A DNA stretch of 64,000 nt from Squalus acanthias (taxonomy: Eukaryota): positions 148,492,001 to 148,556,000 of the forward strand of contig CM059432.1 in NCBI GenBank assembly GCA_030390025.1. The letters run 5' to 3'. Below are positions 62,890-64,000 of the stretch, piece after piece. Each line of letters opens with the position of its first letter. Within the stretch, counting starts at the first letter, position 1. Both the position numbers and the translations under genes were made by a program. The notes beneath the pieces were generated by a model. That model was not told where the DNA came from and searched no databases. It saw nothing but the letters and a program-made list of their open reading frames with translations.

Positions 62890-64000
62890 TAGATACATAG
62901 AAGATAGGAGCAGGAGTAGGCCATCCGGCCCTTCGAGCCTGCTCCGCCATTTAATGAGATCATGGCTGATCCTCCAATTCAGTATCCCGTCCCCGCCTTC
63001 TCTCCGTAACCCTTAACCCCTTTTGCCTGTAGAAATATATCTAATTCCCTCTTAAATATATTTAATGAGCTGGCGTACACTGCCCTCTGTGGCAATGAGT
63101 TCCACAGGTTCACCACCCTCTGAGTGAAGAAATTCCCCCTCATTTCTGTCCTAAATGGTTTAGCCCTTATCCTTAAATTATGTCCTCTAGTTCTGTTCTC
63201 ACCCGCCAAGGGAAACATTCCTTCTGCATCTAGTCTGTCTAGACCTGTCAGAATTTTATACACTTCTATGAGGTCCCCTCTCAATCTTCTAAACTCCAGT
63301 GTGTACATCCCTAAACTACATAGTCTCTCCTCATAGGTCAATCCCGCCATTCCTGGTATCAGCCTGGTGAATCGCCGCTGCACCCCCTCCATGGCAAGAA
63401 CATCTTTCCTCAGATGAGGCGACCAAAACTGTACACAGTACTCGAGGTGTGGTCTCACCAGTGCCCTGTACAGCTGCAGCAAGGTATCCCTGTTCCTGTA
63501 TTCCAACCCTTTTGCTATGAAGGCCAGCATACTGTTTGCCTTCTTGACCGCCTGTTGCACCTGCATGCTCGCCTTCAGTGACTGGTGTACAAGAACACCC
63601 AGGTCTCTCTGTACTTCCCCCTCTCCCAATTTATTGCCATTTAAATAATAATTTGCCCTCCCGTTCCTGCACCCAAGGTGGATAACTTCGCACTTGTCCA
63701 CATTATAGTGCATCTGCCATTTAACCGCCCAATCACCCAGTCTGTCCAAATCGCTCTGGAGCTTCCTGGTCTCCTCCTCTGAGCCCACCCCCCCTCCTAG
63801 TTTAGTGTCGTCTGCAAATTTGGAAATGCTGCATCCGACTCCCTGATCCAGGTCATTAATGTAAATTGTGAACAGCTGGGGACCCAGGACAGATCCCTGT
63901 GGTACCCCACTTGTTACTGCCTGCCATTCAGAAAATGAGCCGTTTATTCCAACTCTCTGTTTTCTATCTGACAGCCAGTTCTCTATCCACGTCAATACTT
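62890..64000 (-). mobile_element. CR1 LINE 3' part with an uninterrupted RT ORF (runs off window end)
   Basis: 338-aa open ORF with GVPQGSVLGP, SKFADD and LVRPHLEY, then 3' UTR. Confidence 0.93.

Overview
Vertebrate genomic DNA, very probably a cartilaginous fish (shark or ray), judged from its HE1/V-SINE, DeuSINE (SacSINE1-like), CR1 and Penelope content. The window lies inside a minus-strand integrin alpha-9 (itga9) gene. Four phase-consistent coding exons (77, 151, 87 and 80 nt) sit at 51553-51629, 33179-33329, 19441-19527 and 9933-10012, separated by 9-18 kb introns. The introns hold many transposable elements: CR1 fragments (some nested), a second CR1-group LINE with a partner SINE, L2, a Vingi-like 3' end, a decayed two-gene Harbinger element, Harbinger- and Tigger-type MITEs, and Penelope fragments. 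Four large tandem arrays are present: a 33-bp array grown inside a DeuSINE, a 67-bp satellite with a 26-mer higher-order duplication, a 15-bp array and (CCT)n. The most notable signals are TSD-flanked Penelope-derived fold-back mini-elements with minimal hammerhead ribozyme motifs, and the SINE-born minisatellite. I found no prokaryote-type system and no clearly new protein-coding system. Repeat family names come from recall of consensus features, not from a database search.
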